This document shows, one piece after another, positions 1-7,630 of a stretch of DNA of 9,110 bases. A program made the translations under genes and the position numbers. Numbering within the stretch: position 1 is the first letter of the stretch; every line of letters begins with the position of its first letter. The stretch lies in IMG/VR virus record IMGVR_UViG_2537562017_000014. One strand, given 5' to 3'. The stretch comes from a virus. Its lineage: Duplodnaviria > Heunggongvirae > Uroviricota > Caudoviricetes. The notes under the pieces were generated by a model. It saw only the letters and a program-made list of their open reading frames with translations, did not search any database and was not told where the DNA came from.

Positions 1-562
1 TCAACTCGCTGAATTCTTTTCTCATTTGGGAAAGTAACTGCCGACGTACTGATTCAATTTCTGCTGTTTGAGCTCTCAAATATCTTGAGAAATCAAGTAG
101 TTCATCAGCTGTTTTGTTTTGGCTATTTATAAACGTAACAGGTTGCCCTGGCTTAGATATGAGAAAGAATTGATCAATTTTATCAAGTAATGGTGGAATT
201 ATTTGTTTCCATTCAGCCCATTCTTTTTCACGATGAAACTCCAGGCTGTGCTGACATGCTCTGAGTTGCTGTATATCAATCGCCCAGACCTCACTCTCAT
301 CGAGGCAATCTTTCCATTTGCTAATTACATTAATGTCAAATTTTTTGTTCGGTCGATAATCTTCTTTGGCGCGCGCTTCCAGTATAGAGGCAAGGCTACC
401 TGTATATTGCATCAAATTGGTAGATGCTCGGTTTACTAGCTCAGATATTCGATCTAGTTGAGTTGTTCTAATCTCAAGTGCTTTCTTTTTACGTTCATTT
501 CGTAAAGCAAAATATGCAGCAAGGCAGACTGCAGCAACTGTGGCTGCTGGTTGCATATTCAT
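1..562 (-). CDS. Hypothetical protein with N-terminal hydrophobic anchor; partial, 3' end runs off the left edge; AT-rich accessory (cargo) gene downstream of gpD
   Basis: Minus-strand frame is open from the ATG (complement of 560-562) to position 2; I checked every in-frame triplet by hand and found no stop. AGAGGA Shine-Dalgarno lies 8 nt upstream of that ATG. Translation starts MNMQPAATVAAVCLAAYFALRNERKKK, a 16-residue hydrophobic stretch followed by a basic cluster. Absent from the supplied ORF track, apparently because it has no stop inside the window. An alternative in-frame ATG at 584-586 lacks an SD. No family recognised. Confidence 0.6.
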   Translation of the reverse strand, partial: MNMQPAATVAAVCLAAYFALRNERKKKALEIRTTQLDRISELVNRASTNLMQYTGSLASILEARAKEDYRPNKKFDINVISKWKDCLDESEVWAIDIQQLRACQHSLEFHREKEWAEWKQIIPPLLDKIDQFFLISKPGQPVTFINSQNKTADELLDFSRYLRAQTAEIESVRRQLLSQMRKEFSEL

Positions 563-624
563 AACATGGATCCTCTGACATGGCATTTATGGGCGCTATT
601 TCAGCAGTAATCATTTGTGTGTAA

Positions 625-643
625 ATTTGTTTGCTACAAATTA
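625..643. promoter_or_regulatory. Candidate operator: perfect 7-bp inverted repeat AATTTGT-N5-ACAAATT, with a further direct ATTTGT copy at 613-618, in the 5' leader of the cargo ORF
   Basis: Read directly: 625-631 aatttgt, 632-636 ttgct, 637-643 acaaatt. Lies 60-80 bp upstream of the minus-strand ORF start at 562. A minus-strand -10-like hexamer TAGAAT (complement of 648-653) is adjacent, but the -35 is weak. Confidence 0.25.
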
Positions 644-756
644 ACATATTCTAATGTAAGGTACTTCTGATTTTGACACTTGGTAGGCTGTCAGATTGGT
701 TATGATTCTTGCTGTAGGCGCGTTAACAAATGTCAGGGCTAATGCATCTAAGTTGT

Positions 757-1857
757 TTACTCTGTTTCTGCTATCCATTCCGGGATTTTTGCTTCAAGCT
801 CAAGCTGAGTGGTAAAGCCGCTGTTGTCAATGGTGTGCTCGGCTTTTGCAATAATCCAGTCCTGATTGTCAATGTCACTTTTGAAGCCTGTCACCGTGCC
901 ATGCATTTCGGGATAGAGTTCTGCACGTCCACACGCCAGCGTGATGGAGAACGCTGCGGCTCCGCGTTGTAGCTGCTGCCACTTTGCCGCCGCTGCACGT
1001 CTTGCTGCCTGCTCGTTCTGATAAGTCTTGCGTAACACAAACACGTTGCCTTCCGCGCCTTCCATATAGTCGCCTTCCCGGCTGCTGCTTTTCTCCTTTT
1101 TCGGTTTGCGGCGTTTCACGTTGACTTTTTTCTTTTTCCCGTAATTAAGATCAAGCCAGTAGGCGCGTACACCCGTATACGCCTCGCGGTCAGCAATGCG
1201 AAACTGATGGCGATCGCCGCTGCTGCGTGTGATGGCAAACGATGGCAATGGTTTTCCCTGTGCGTTCACGCCACCGCCTGGCATGATGAATAACAGATTA
1301 CCGCTTTTTACCGTGGTGATTGCGCCCAGCATTTCCGCCATGCGCGTAAGGAAGGACATGTCGCTTTCTTCGGTCTGGTCGGCGTGGTCGATTTCGATAT
1401 CCATCAGCATTTCGCTGATTTGCGGTTTCAGGCCGTACCGGTGAGCGATAGCAGATACCACGCGCTCAACGGTCACATCATGCCAGGACACTTCACGTTT
1501 AACGTTAAATTCATCCCGAAAATCTGCGCTTCTGGCTGAAACAGTCAGCCTGTCCGGCGGACCTTCGTGAGCGATTTCATCAACAATGTAAGTGCCTTTT
1601 TCTGTCAGCGGTTCTCCTTTCCAGCCAATGAGAACCGTCAGGCGCGCGCCCCGTGGCGGTAGCTGCAACTGACCATCCGCATCATCCAGCGTGATGGTGA
1701 GCTGGTCCGCCTCAAATCCCCGGTTGTCGGTCAGTGACAGGCTCATCAGGCGCTCGGCCACGCCTGACAGCGTTTTACCCTCCGCGAGAATATCAAAATC
1801 CGGCATTTTCACGGGGTCTGTGCCCTGACTGAGCAATTGCATGGTGGTATCGGTCAT
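757..1857 (-). CDS. P2 gpD-like tail protein (late control gene D family)
   Basis: Translation carries the gpD-type organisation: LMSLSLTDNRGFEADQL, SWHD, a Lys/Arg-rich linker KKKKVNVKRRKPKKEK, EGDY...NVFVLRKTY and WQQLQRG...FSITLACGR. Start chosen at the ATG on the complement of 1855-1857 (MTDTTMQLL) because a GGGAGGG Shine-Dalgarno sits 5 nt upstream. The track's longer ORF to 1989 has no comparable signal. Stop is TAA on the complement of 757-759. Confidence 0.85.
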   Translation of the reverse strand: MTDTTMQLLSQGTDPVKMPDFDILAEGKTLSGVAERLMSLSLTDNRGFEADQLTITLDDADGQLQLPPRGARLTVLIGWKGEPLTEKGTYIVDEIAHEGPPDRLTVSARSADFRDEFNVKREVSWHDVTVERVVSAIAHRYGLKPQISEMLMDIEIDHADQTEESDMSFLTRMAEMLGAITTVKSGNLLFIMPGGGVNAQGKPLPSFAITRSSGDRHQFRIADREAYTGVRAYWLDLNYGKKKKVNVKRRKPKKEKSSSREGDYMEGAEGNVFVLRKTYQNEQAARRAAAAKWQQLQRGAAAFSITLACGRAELYPEMHGTVTGFKSDIDNQDWIIAKAEHTIDNSGFTTQLELEAKIPEWIAETE

Positions 1858-2014
1858 CTGTTCCCTCCCTGTGCGGCATGGTCGCATGTGCGTGCGGAGG
1901 GGGTTACTGCTTTTTGTTGTCGCCGTGGCGGGAGAACGGCGCAGGGGTGAGATTACGCGCGTGGTGGGTGATGATTGTTGCCGAATCATTTAACGGATAC
2001 AAGGGGCTGAAGCT

Positions 2015-3193
2015 ATGAGTGAAACTCGTTTTCATGGTGCCCGTGTTACGGAAAATACCGACCTGGTAACAGCGATTAAGATGTTGATTCCAGGTTATCG
2101 GTATCGTGGCAACGGCGGATGATGCGGAGCGAGCTGTTCCCGCTGAACAAGCCCACACTGCTGACCCGCGTCAATGACGTGCTGGGAAAATGCGGACAAC
2201 GGGACGCTTTATCGTGCGCTTAAGGCCATCGCAGACCAGGTGAGCACAAAGGTGATCGTCGTTCGCGTGGCTGAACACAAAGAAGAAGACGGAAAGACGC
2301 AGGATCAACTGGTTATCGGTGGTTCTGAGGATGACGGCAGCTATACGGGGATGTATGCGCTGCTTGTTGCAGAGCAGGATGAAAGCATCGGATACCGTCC
2401 GCGTATTCTGGCCGCGCCGGAGCTGGACACGGAGGCGGTAACAAAATCCCTGTGCGTGATTGCGGGTAAACTGCGCGCGTTTGTGTATGCCTCATGTCAC
2501 GGCTGTAACACGATGGCTGAGGCGATTACCTACCGCCAGAAATTCAACGAACGTGAGGTGATGCTCTTATGGCCGGACTTCATCGCCTACAACCCGAAAA
2601 GTGGCAAAAACGAAACGTTCCCCGCGCCTGCCTATGCGTGCGGCCTTCGTGCGTACATTGACCATGAGCAGGGCTGGCACAAATCGCTGTCCAACGTTCC
2701 GGTTAAAAATGTGCTGGGGATGTCCAGGCATGTGTTCTGGTCGTTGCAGGCCGAAGACAGTGATGCCAACAGCCTCAACAACAAAGAAATCACGACCATT
2801 ATTCGTCGCAATGGGTTCCGCTTCTGGGGCAACCGCACACCGGAAACGAACGCCTACATCTTTGAGGTGTATACCCGAACCGCACAGGTGCTGGCTGATT
2901 CAATTGCGGAAGCGCAGTTTGAAACCATCGACAGTCCACTGACGCCTGCGAACGTGAAAGATGTTATCAGTGCCATCAGGGCAAAACTGGATTCACTGGT
3001 TACTGCCGGGAAACTGATTGGGGCGTCGTGCTGGTATGACGTGGTGGATAACGGCACCACGAATTTACGTCAGGGGCGCGTGCGTATTCGCTACAAATAT
3101 ACGCCTGTTCCCCCGCTGGAAGACATGGAGCTTTACCAGTCGTTTACTGATGAATTCTTTGGTCCCGCATTTGCGGTGCTGGGAGGTGCCTGA
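2015..3193 (+). pseudogene. P2 FI-like contractile tail sheath; 5' ~180 nt disrupted by three frame changes, reading frame intact from about 2192 to the stop
   Basis: ATG at 2015 with AAGGGG SD 8 nt upstream gives MSETRFHGARVTE, then a stop at 2120-2122. Sheath-like N-terminal motifs continue in other frames: VIGIVATADDAE (frame of 2094-2129), FPLNKPTLLT (from 2137), then GTLYRALKAIADQ in the long ORF 2174-3193. The long ORF has clear sheath motifs (WPDFIAYN, IRRNGFRFWGNRT, YKYTPVPPLED). Stop TGA at 3191-3193 overlaps the FII start. Confidence 0.75.
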
Positions 3194-3705
3194 TGGCTGT
3201 ACCAAAACATCTTCGCTTTTTTACGCTGTTTGTGGATGGTGAAAACGAAGTGGGTAAGGTGACGTCCGTCACTCTGCCTAAGCTGACGCGCAAAACCGAC
3301 AGCTACCGGGGTGGTGGCATGATGGGTGCGGTAAGTATTGATCTCGGTCTGGACGACTCCGCGCTTGATGCGAGCTTTGTCATGGGGGGCGCAGTTCGTG
3401 AGCTGTTCCTTAAGTATGGCGGCACGATTGACGGCACGCTGCTGCGTTTTGCGGGTGAATACTACACCGATGCAGAAAGCGACCTGTATGAAGTCGAAAT
3501 GCGCGGACGTGTGACGGAAATTGATATGGGGGAAGCCAAACAGGGCGAAGCCACATCACACACTTACGCCATTAAAAACACCTACTACAAGCTGAGTGTT
3601 AACGATCGCCCGTTGTGGGAGATTGACCTGCTGAACTTCATTTACCGGAAGGACGGCAAGGACATTGTGCCCGATCGCATCCGTTCCGCGCTTGGGCTTG
3701 GCTGA
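3193..3705 (+). CDS. P2 FII-like tail tube protein
   Basis: 170-aa ORF. ATG overlaps the FI stop (TGATG), suggesting translational coupling; GGGAGG SD 6 nt upstream. Translation MAVPKHLRFFTLFVDGEN...TLPKLTRKTDSYRGGGM matches the remembered P2 tube N-terminus pattern (PKLTRKTxxYRGGGM). Confidence 0.9.
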   Translation: MAVPKHLRFFTLFVDGENEVGKVTSVTLPKLTRKTDSYRGGGMMGAVSIDLGLDDSALDASFVMGGAVRELFLKYGGTIDGTLLRFAGEYYTDAESDLYEVEMRGRVTEIDMGEAKQGEATSHTYAIKNTYYKLSVNDRPLWEIDLLNFIYRKDGKDIVPDRIRSALGLG

Positions 3706-3759
3706 TAAGTAATATGCAGGCGGCGCAGTGCGTCGCCTCTGACTGAAAGGAGTTTCCTG

Positions 3760-4125
3760 ATGAAAGAGACGAAAAACATCGATACCGAAAACACGGTAGT
3801 TACTGACACTGTGAAAGAAACCAGTGAGCGTGGCGTAAAACTTACCCAACCAATTGAGCGAGGCGGCGAAAAAATCACGTATGTGGAGATCACCGGGGCT
3901 ATTGAGCAGGCTGGATCTCTGCGAGATTTGTCGCTGTCTGATGTGCTGAATCTGAAAGCGGAATCCATGTTTACGCTGCTGTCACGCGTGACATCACCGC
4001 GACTGGATGAAGTGACGATCAAAAAAATGGCATCCCGTGACTTTATTCAGTTATGTGTGGTTGCCGTAAATTTTTTGAGCGGTGCGGACTCTGGCGGGAA
4101 GAACGAACAGGCGACGGAAGCCTGA
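3760..4125 (+). CDS. gpE-like tail assembly chaperone (zero-frame product)
   Basis: ATG at 3760 with AAGGAG SD (3747-3752) 7 nt upstream. Sits between tube and tape measure as in P2/lambda G-GT. Contains the slippery heptamer near its 3' end. Confidence 0.8.
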   Translation: MKETKNIDTENTVVTDTVKETSERGVKLTQPIERGGEKITYVEITGAIEQAGSLRDLSLSDVLNLKAESMFTLLSRVTSPRLDEVTIKKMASRDFIQLCVVAVNFLSGADSGGKNEQATEA

Positions 4126-4289
4126 TCACGGTTGTGTGCTTTGAGCACATAGAAGACTTTGTGGCGGATATTGCCGCCATTTTTAACTGGTCGCCCGCCG
4201 AAATCTTCATGATGACGCCCGGCGAAGTGGTTAGCTGGCGTGAGCGGGCGGCACTTCGCAGCGGGAATGCAGACAATGAAGACTCTTGA
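3760..4289 (+). CDS. gpE+E' fusion chaperone produced by programmed -1 frameshift (3760-4077 joined to 4077-4289)
   Basis: Slippery heptamer T TTT TTG at 4071-4077 is positioned X.XXY.YYZ in the E frame (codons AAT TTT TTG). The -1 frame is open from there to TGA at 4287-4289 and encodes FEHIEDFVADIAAIFNWSPAEIFMMTPGEVVSWRERAALRSGNA (track ORF 4053-4289), the conserved E' extension. Confidence 0.65.
4071..4077 (+). other. Programmed -1 ribosomal frameshift slippery site (TTTTTTG) of the E/E' chaperone pair
   Basis: Heptamer read directly from the sequence and in the correct register with the upstream ORF; the -1 frame downstream is open and conserved-looking. Confidence 0.7.
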
Positions 4290-7082
4290 TATCCGGGTCG
4301 CTTTCAGCGCCGTTGACAGGCTGACCCGGCCTGCCGAAAACGCCCGCCGCCTGATGGGGCAGTTTGGTGACTCCATCCAGCGAACGCAGGGGGCGATCAA
4401 AAATCTCGAGCGTCAGGCGCGATCATTTGAGCGCGCCCGTGACGCTGTCAGTAAAGCGGATGCGGGCATCGTGAAAGCACGACGCCAGCTTAACGCCCTT
4501 AATCAGTTACAACGCACGGGTACAGTGCTCAGCGAAAAACAACAAAAGCTGATGCAGCAGTTAAGCACCCGGCTTGAACGCCTGAATGAATCGCGCACAC
4601 GGGAAATTCAGAAAATGCGGGAACTTGGCGGAGAACTGAAACGCCACGGCATTTCCCTGACAGGCAGCGATAACACCATCCAGCAGGCCATCAGACGCAC
4701 CGAACAGTACAACAACCAGCTTGAACGCGAACGGCAGGCGCTTGCGCGTGTAACGCGGGCGCGTGAGCGGTATTCGCGCGCGCAGGAAACCGCGGGAAAA
4801 CTGAAAACAGGTGGTGCGCTGGCAATTGGTGCGGCAGCGGCTGGCGGCTATGCTGCCGGGCGTTTTTTGCAGCCTGCGATCGGGTTCGGCAAAGAGATGT
4901 CCCGCGTTCAGGCACTGACGAGAATCGACAAAAACAGCCCGCAGTTTAAGGCGCTGCGTGAGCAGGCGTTAAAACTTGGCTCTGAAACACAGTTTACTGC
5001 GAGTGATGCCGCCAGTGGGCAGAGCTTTCTGGCAATGGCTGGTTTTACTCCGCAGGCCATTCAGGCCGCATTGCCCGGTGTTCTTAATATGGCGCTGGCA
5101 GGTGGCGTCGAACTCGGCGAGACGGCTGATATAGGCTCCAATATCCTCACACAGTTCAATCTGACAGCCGATCAAATGGACCGGGTTGGCGATACGCTGA
5201 CAGCGGCATTCACCCGGACCAATACTGATTTACGCGCGCTGGGCGAAACCATGAAGTATACCGGTCCGGTTGCCGCAAAACTTGGTATCAGTCTTGAAGA
5301 AGCGACGGCCATGGCCGGGATGCTTGCCAATAATGGTCTTCGCGGAAGCGATGCTGGTACGGCCATGCGCGCAAGTCTGTCCCGCCTAGCATCACCGCCA
5401 AAAGCTGCGGCTGATGCGCTGAAAGAGCTGGGGGTGTCAGTTGCTGACGCCAGAGGCAAAATGCGCCCGATGGAGGATGTGCTGCTTGATCTCTATAAGG
5501 CGACACAAAAATACGGACAGGTGGACCAGGTTTCCTTCTTCAAGGACATCGCCGGAGAAGAGGCGTTCGTTGGTTTGCAGACGCTTGTTGCGGCGGCTGG
5601 TTCAGGAGAGCTGCAAAAACTGACCAGAGAATTGCAGGGGGCAAGGGGAGAGGCCGATCGCGTCGCAAAAGTAATGGCCGATAATCTTGATGGGGACCTG
5701 AAAAATCTCGACAGCGCATGGGAAGGTCTTCGTATTCGCATCAGTGATCTGGTTGACGGTCCGCTGCGTTCTGTCACCAGTGGCTCACGCGGGTGCTTGA
5801 AAAAATCACCTCGCTGGCGCAGGCCCATCCGGTACTGACACGCCAGCTACTGATAGCAGGCGGTGCGTTGCTGGCAATGACTGCAACGATTGGCTCGTTG
5901 TCGCTGGTTATTGGGGTGCTTTACGGAAAGCTGGCCACCCTGCGTCTTGGTTTTGACATTCTTACCCGGTCAATGAATGTCGTCAGGGTGTTGCCTGCGC
6001 TGTGGGGAATGCTGACGGGTTCCGTTTCTTTGCTGGGAGGCGCTATCGGAGCGCTGTTCAGTCCGGTTGGTCTTATCGTGGCTGCGCTTGCCGGAGCTGC
6101 CGTTCTTATCTGGAAATACTGGGATCCCATCAGGGCATTTTTTGCCGGGGTGTTCAGCGGGATTATGGAAAGGCTGACCCCGTTGCGCGAAACCTTTGAA
6201 CGGTTTGGTCCTGTTTTTGACGCAATCGGAAGCGGGATCAGCCAGGTGTTTAACTGGTTTAAATCGCTGTTGTCACCGATGGAGTCCAGCAAGGAAACGC
6301 TGGATAAATGTACCAGTGCTGGCGAGATATTCGGTAACGTTCTTGGTGGTGCGTTACAACTTGTTCTGACACCTGCAAAAATGCTACTGGATACGCTGGC
6401 GTGGATACTTGAAAAACTTGGCGTCCTTCCGGATGAAGCGGAAAGGGCGCGCAAGAAAATCGAAGACGCACAGCGTGCGGCCATTCTTCAGGACAAGGTT
6501 GCCTTACTTCAGGGGGACCTGGCGAAAATCAATCCGCCGAAGCCTGTGGAAAATGGCAATGGCACCGGAGGTGATAAACCCAAAGACAACAAACCGCTCA
6601 CAGACAGCAATACCGGGACGCTACGCAGACTCAGCAAAATTGCTGATAACACAGGTAAGCTGGTTGATGAGACGAAAAAACGCATTGGCCCCGGCGATAT
6701 TGTCTTTAAGAACCTGCCCCGCGCACTTGCTGTTCGTGGGGAGTGGCAGGAGCGGAAGATTGCGCAGGTCAGTAAGCCTGCCCCCGCAATTAATATCACC
6801 CCCGTGGTCCCGGCTCCGCTGCCTCCGGCGCTGGTCCCTGTTGTTGCGGCCAGCTCCCGCCCGGTGGCGGAGGCCATACGATCTCCAGTGGCATCAGTTC
6901 CTGTAACTTCCCGTAACCGGGAGCCTGTTGCCTCCGGATTTGGTGGTGAAATTCATGTTCATCTGCATAACGTTGTTACGCAGAATCCCCGCGAACTGGC
7001 GAAACTGGTCGGTGAAATGGTCAGGGCAGAAATGGAACGGCGCGCTCGTGCCGGGCGTGGCAGTTTTTACGATAAAGATTGA
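4267..7082 (+). pseudogene. gpT-like tail tape measure protein, split into two overlapping ORFs by a frame change near 5757-5800
   Basis: Track ORFs 4240-5838 and 5793-7082 are in different frames and overlap by 45 nt. The first is coiled-coil/Ala-rich and the second has hydrophobic glycine-rich helices, both typical of tape measure proteins. The second frame opens only at 5757 and its apparent start is GTG. First in-frame ATG after the E' overlap is 4267 (alternative 4276). Confidence 0.7.
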
Positions 7083-7094
7083 GGAGTCATGGCC

Positions 7095-7583
7095 ATGATG
7101 ATGATCTACGGCATGTTTGTTTTTGAGCTGCGCACGTTGCCGCATCAGCAGTTACAGCAAAACAAAAGCTGGCGGCATGTGAAAAATGAACGCGTTAACC
7201 GTTCAGCAAGCTGGCAGTATATCGGTGCAGGTGATGATCGCATCGTTCTTTCTGGTGTGCTTTATCCTGAAATTACAGGTGGCGAAGTGTCGCTGTCGCT
7301 GCTGACCACGCAGGCGTATACAGGACGCCCCTGGCCTCTGATTGATAGTGTCGGGCAGATTTACGGCATGTATGTGCTGACTGAAACGAATACGACCCGT
7401 TCCGAGTTTGATCGCTACGGTAAGGCGAAAAAGATAGAATTTTCACTGACCCTTGAACGCTGTGATGAGGATTTGCGGGAGCGCCTGCAATCCTCATCAT
7501 TCAGCGATATGCTGTCCGGCTTCAAAGATAAGGTGACATCATCTCTTAACAGCGCGGCCAGTTCAGTTAAAGGGCTGTTCTGA
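7095..7583 (+). CDS. P2 gpU-like tail protein
   Basis: GAGGAG SD at 7081-7086 is 8 nt before the ATG at 7095 (MMMIYGMFVFEL); the ATG at 7089 is only 2 nt from the SD. Position directly after T. Stop TGA at 7581-7583. Confidence 0.85.
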   Translation: MMMIYGMFVFELRTLPHQQLQQNKSWRHVKNERVNRSASWQYIGAGDDRIVLSGVLYPEITGGEVSLSLLTTQAYTGRPWPLIDSVGQIYGMYVLTETNTTRSEFDRYGKAKKIEFSLTLERCDEDLRERLQSSSFSDMLSGFKDKVTSSLNSAASSVKGLF

Positions 7584-7594
7584 TTTAACACAAA

Positions 7595-7630
7595 AACCGC
7601 TAATGGCCAGATTAGCGGTTATTTTGTTTT
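7595..7630. terminator. Bidirectional rho-independent terminator shared by convergent gpU and invertase genes
   Basis: Perfect 10-bp stem AACCGCTAAT (7595-7604) / ATTAGCGGTT (7611-7620) with 6-nt loop GGCCAG. Followed on the plus strand by ATTTTGTTTT and on the minus strand by TTTTTGTGTT. Confidence 0.6.

Noticed and set aside
203-439. Plus-strand 78-aa ORF from the track
   Set aside because: Lies antisense inside the minus-strand cargo ORF, has low-complexity Phe-rich translation and no SD; treated as a spurious shadow ORF.
673-705. Plus-strand TTGACA at 673-678 as a possible promoter
   Set aside because: The nearest -10-like hexamer (TATGAT, 700-705) gives a 21-nt spacer and would drive antisense transcription into the 3' end of D; not supported.
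730-972. Plus-strand 80-aa ORF overlapping the 3' end of D
   Set aside because: Antisense to a well-supported gpD coding region; Cys/Phe-rich junk-like translation.
1229-1444. Plus-strand 71-aa ORF inside D
   Set aside because: Antisense shadow ORF within gpD; no start context.
1858-2014. Search for an Ogr-type late promoter dyad (TGT-N12-ACA) and sigma-70 hexamers between D and FI
   Set aside because: No dyad with the right spacing and no convincing -35/-10 pair on either strand; I make no promoter call here.
2043-2070. Possible secondary gix-like site in the sheath 5' region (TTACGGAAAATACCGACCTGGTAACAG)
   Set aside because: Only loose resemblance to the 26-bp crossover consensus; the AAACC/GGTTT half-site cores are not both present. 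Not good enough to claim invertase-mediated inversion.
1904-2158. Minus-strand 84-aa ORF across the D/FI intergenic region and FI 5' end
   Set aside because: Overlaps the sheath N-terminal coding sequence on the opposite strand and has no recognisable features; likely spurious.
2313-3060. Several short ORFs on both strands inside the sheath gene (2313-2495, 2601-2942, 2632-2838, 2854-3060)
   Set aside because: All lie within the sheath coding region in alternative frames or strands, with Arg/Pro-rich or low-complexity translations typical of out-of-frame reading of GC-rich coding DNA.
4240-4266. Track start of the T ORF at 4240 (and of the second T ORF at 5793, and the invertase ORF at 8224)
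   Set aside because: These track starts are non-ATG codons (GTG, GTG, TTG) shown as M. I moved starts to positions with ribosome-binding support (4267 for T; GTG at 8206 for the invertase) and treat 5793 as an internal point of a frameshifted gene.
4691-6906. Multiple ORFs overlapping the tape measure gene on either strand (e.g. 5921-6484 minus, 6409-6906 plus, 6509-6877 minus)
   Set aside because: Embedded in the tape measure coding region and Arg/Ser/Pro-rich, as expected for alternative-frame artefacts; none has a start signal.
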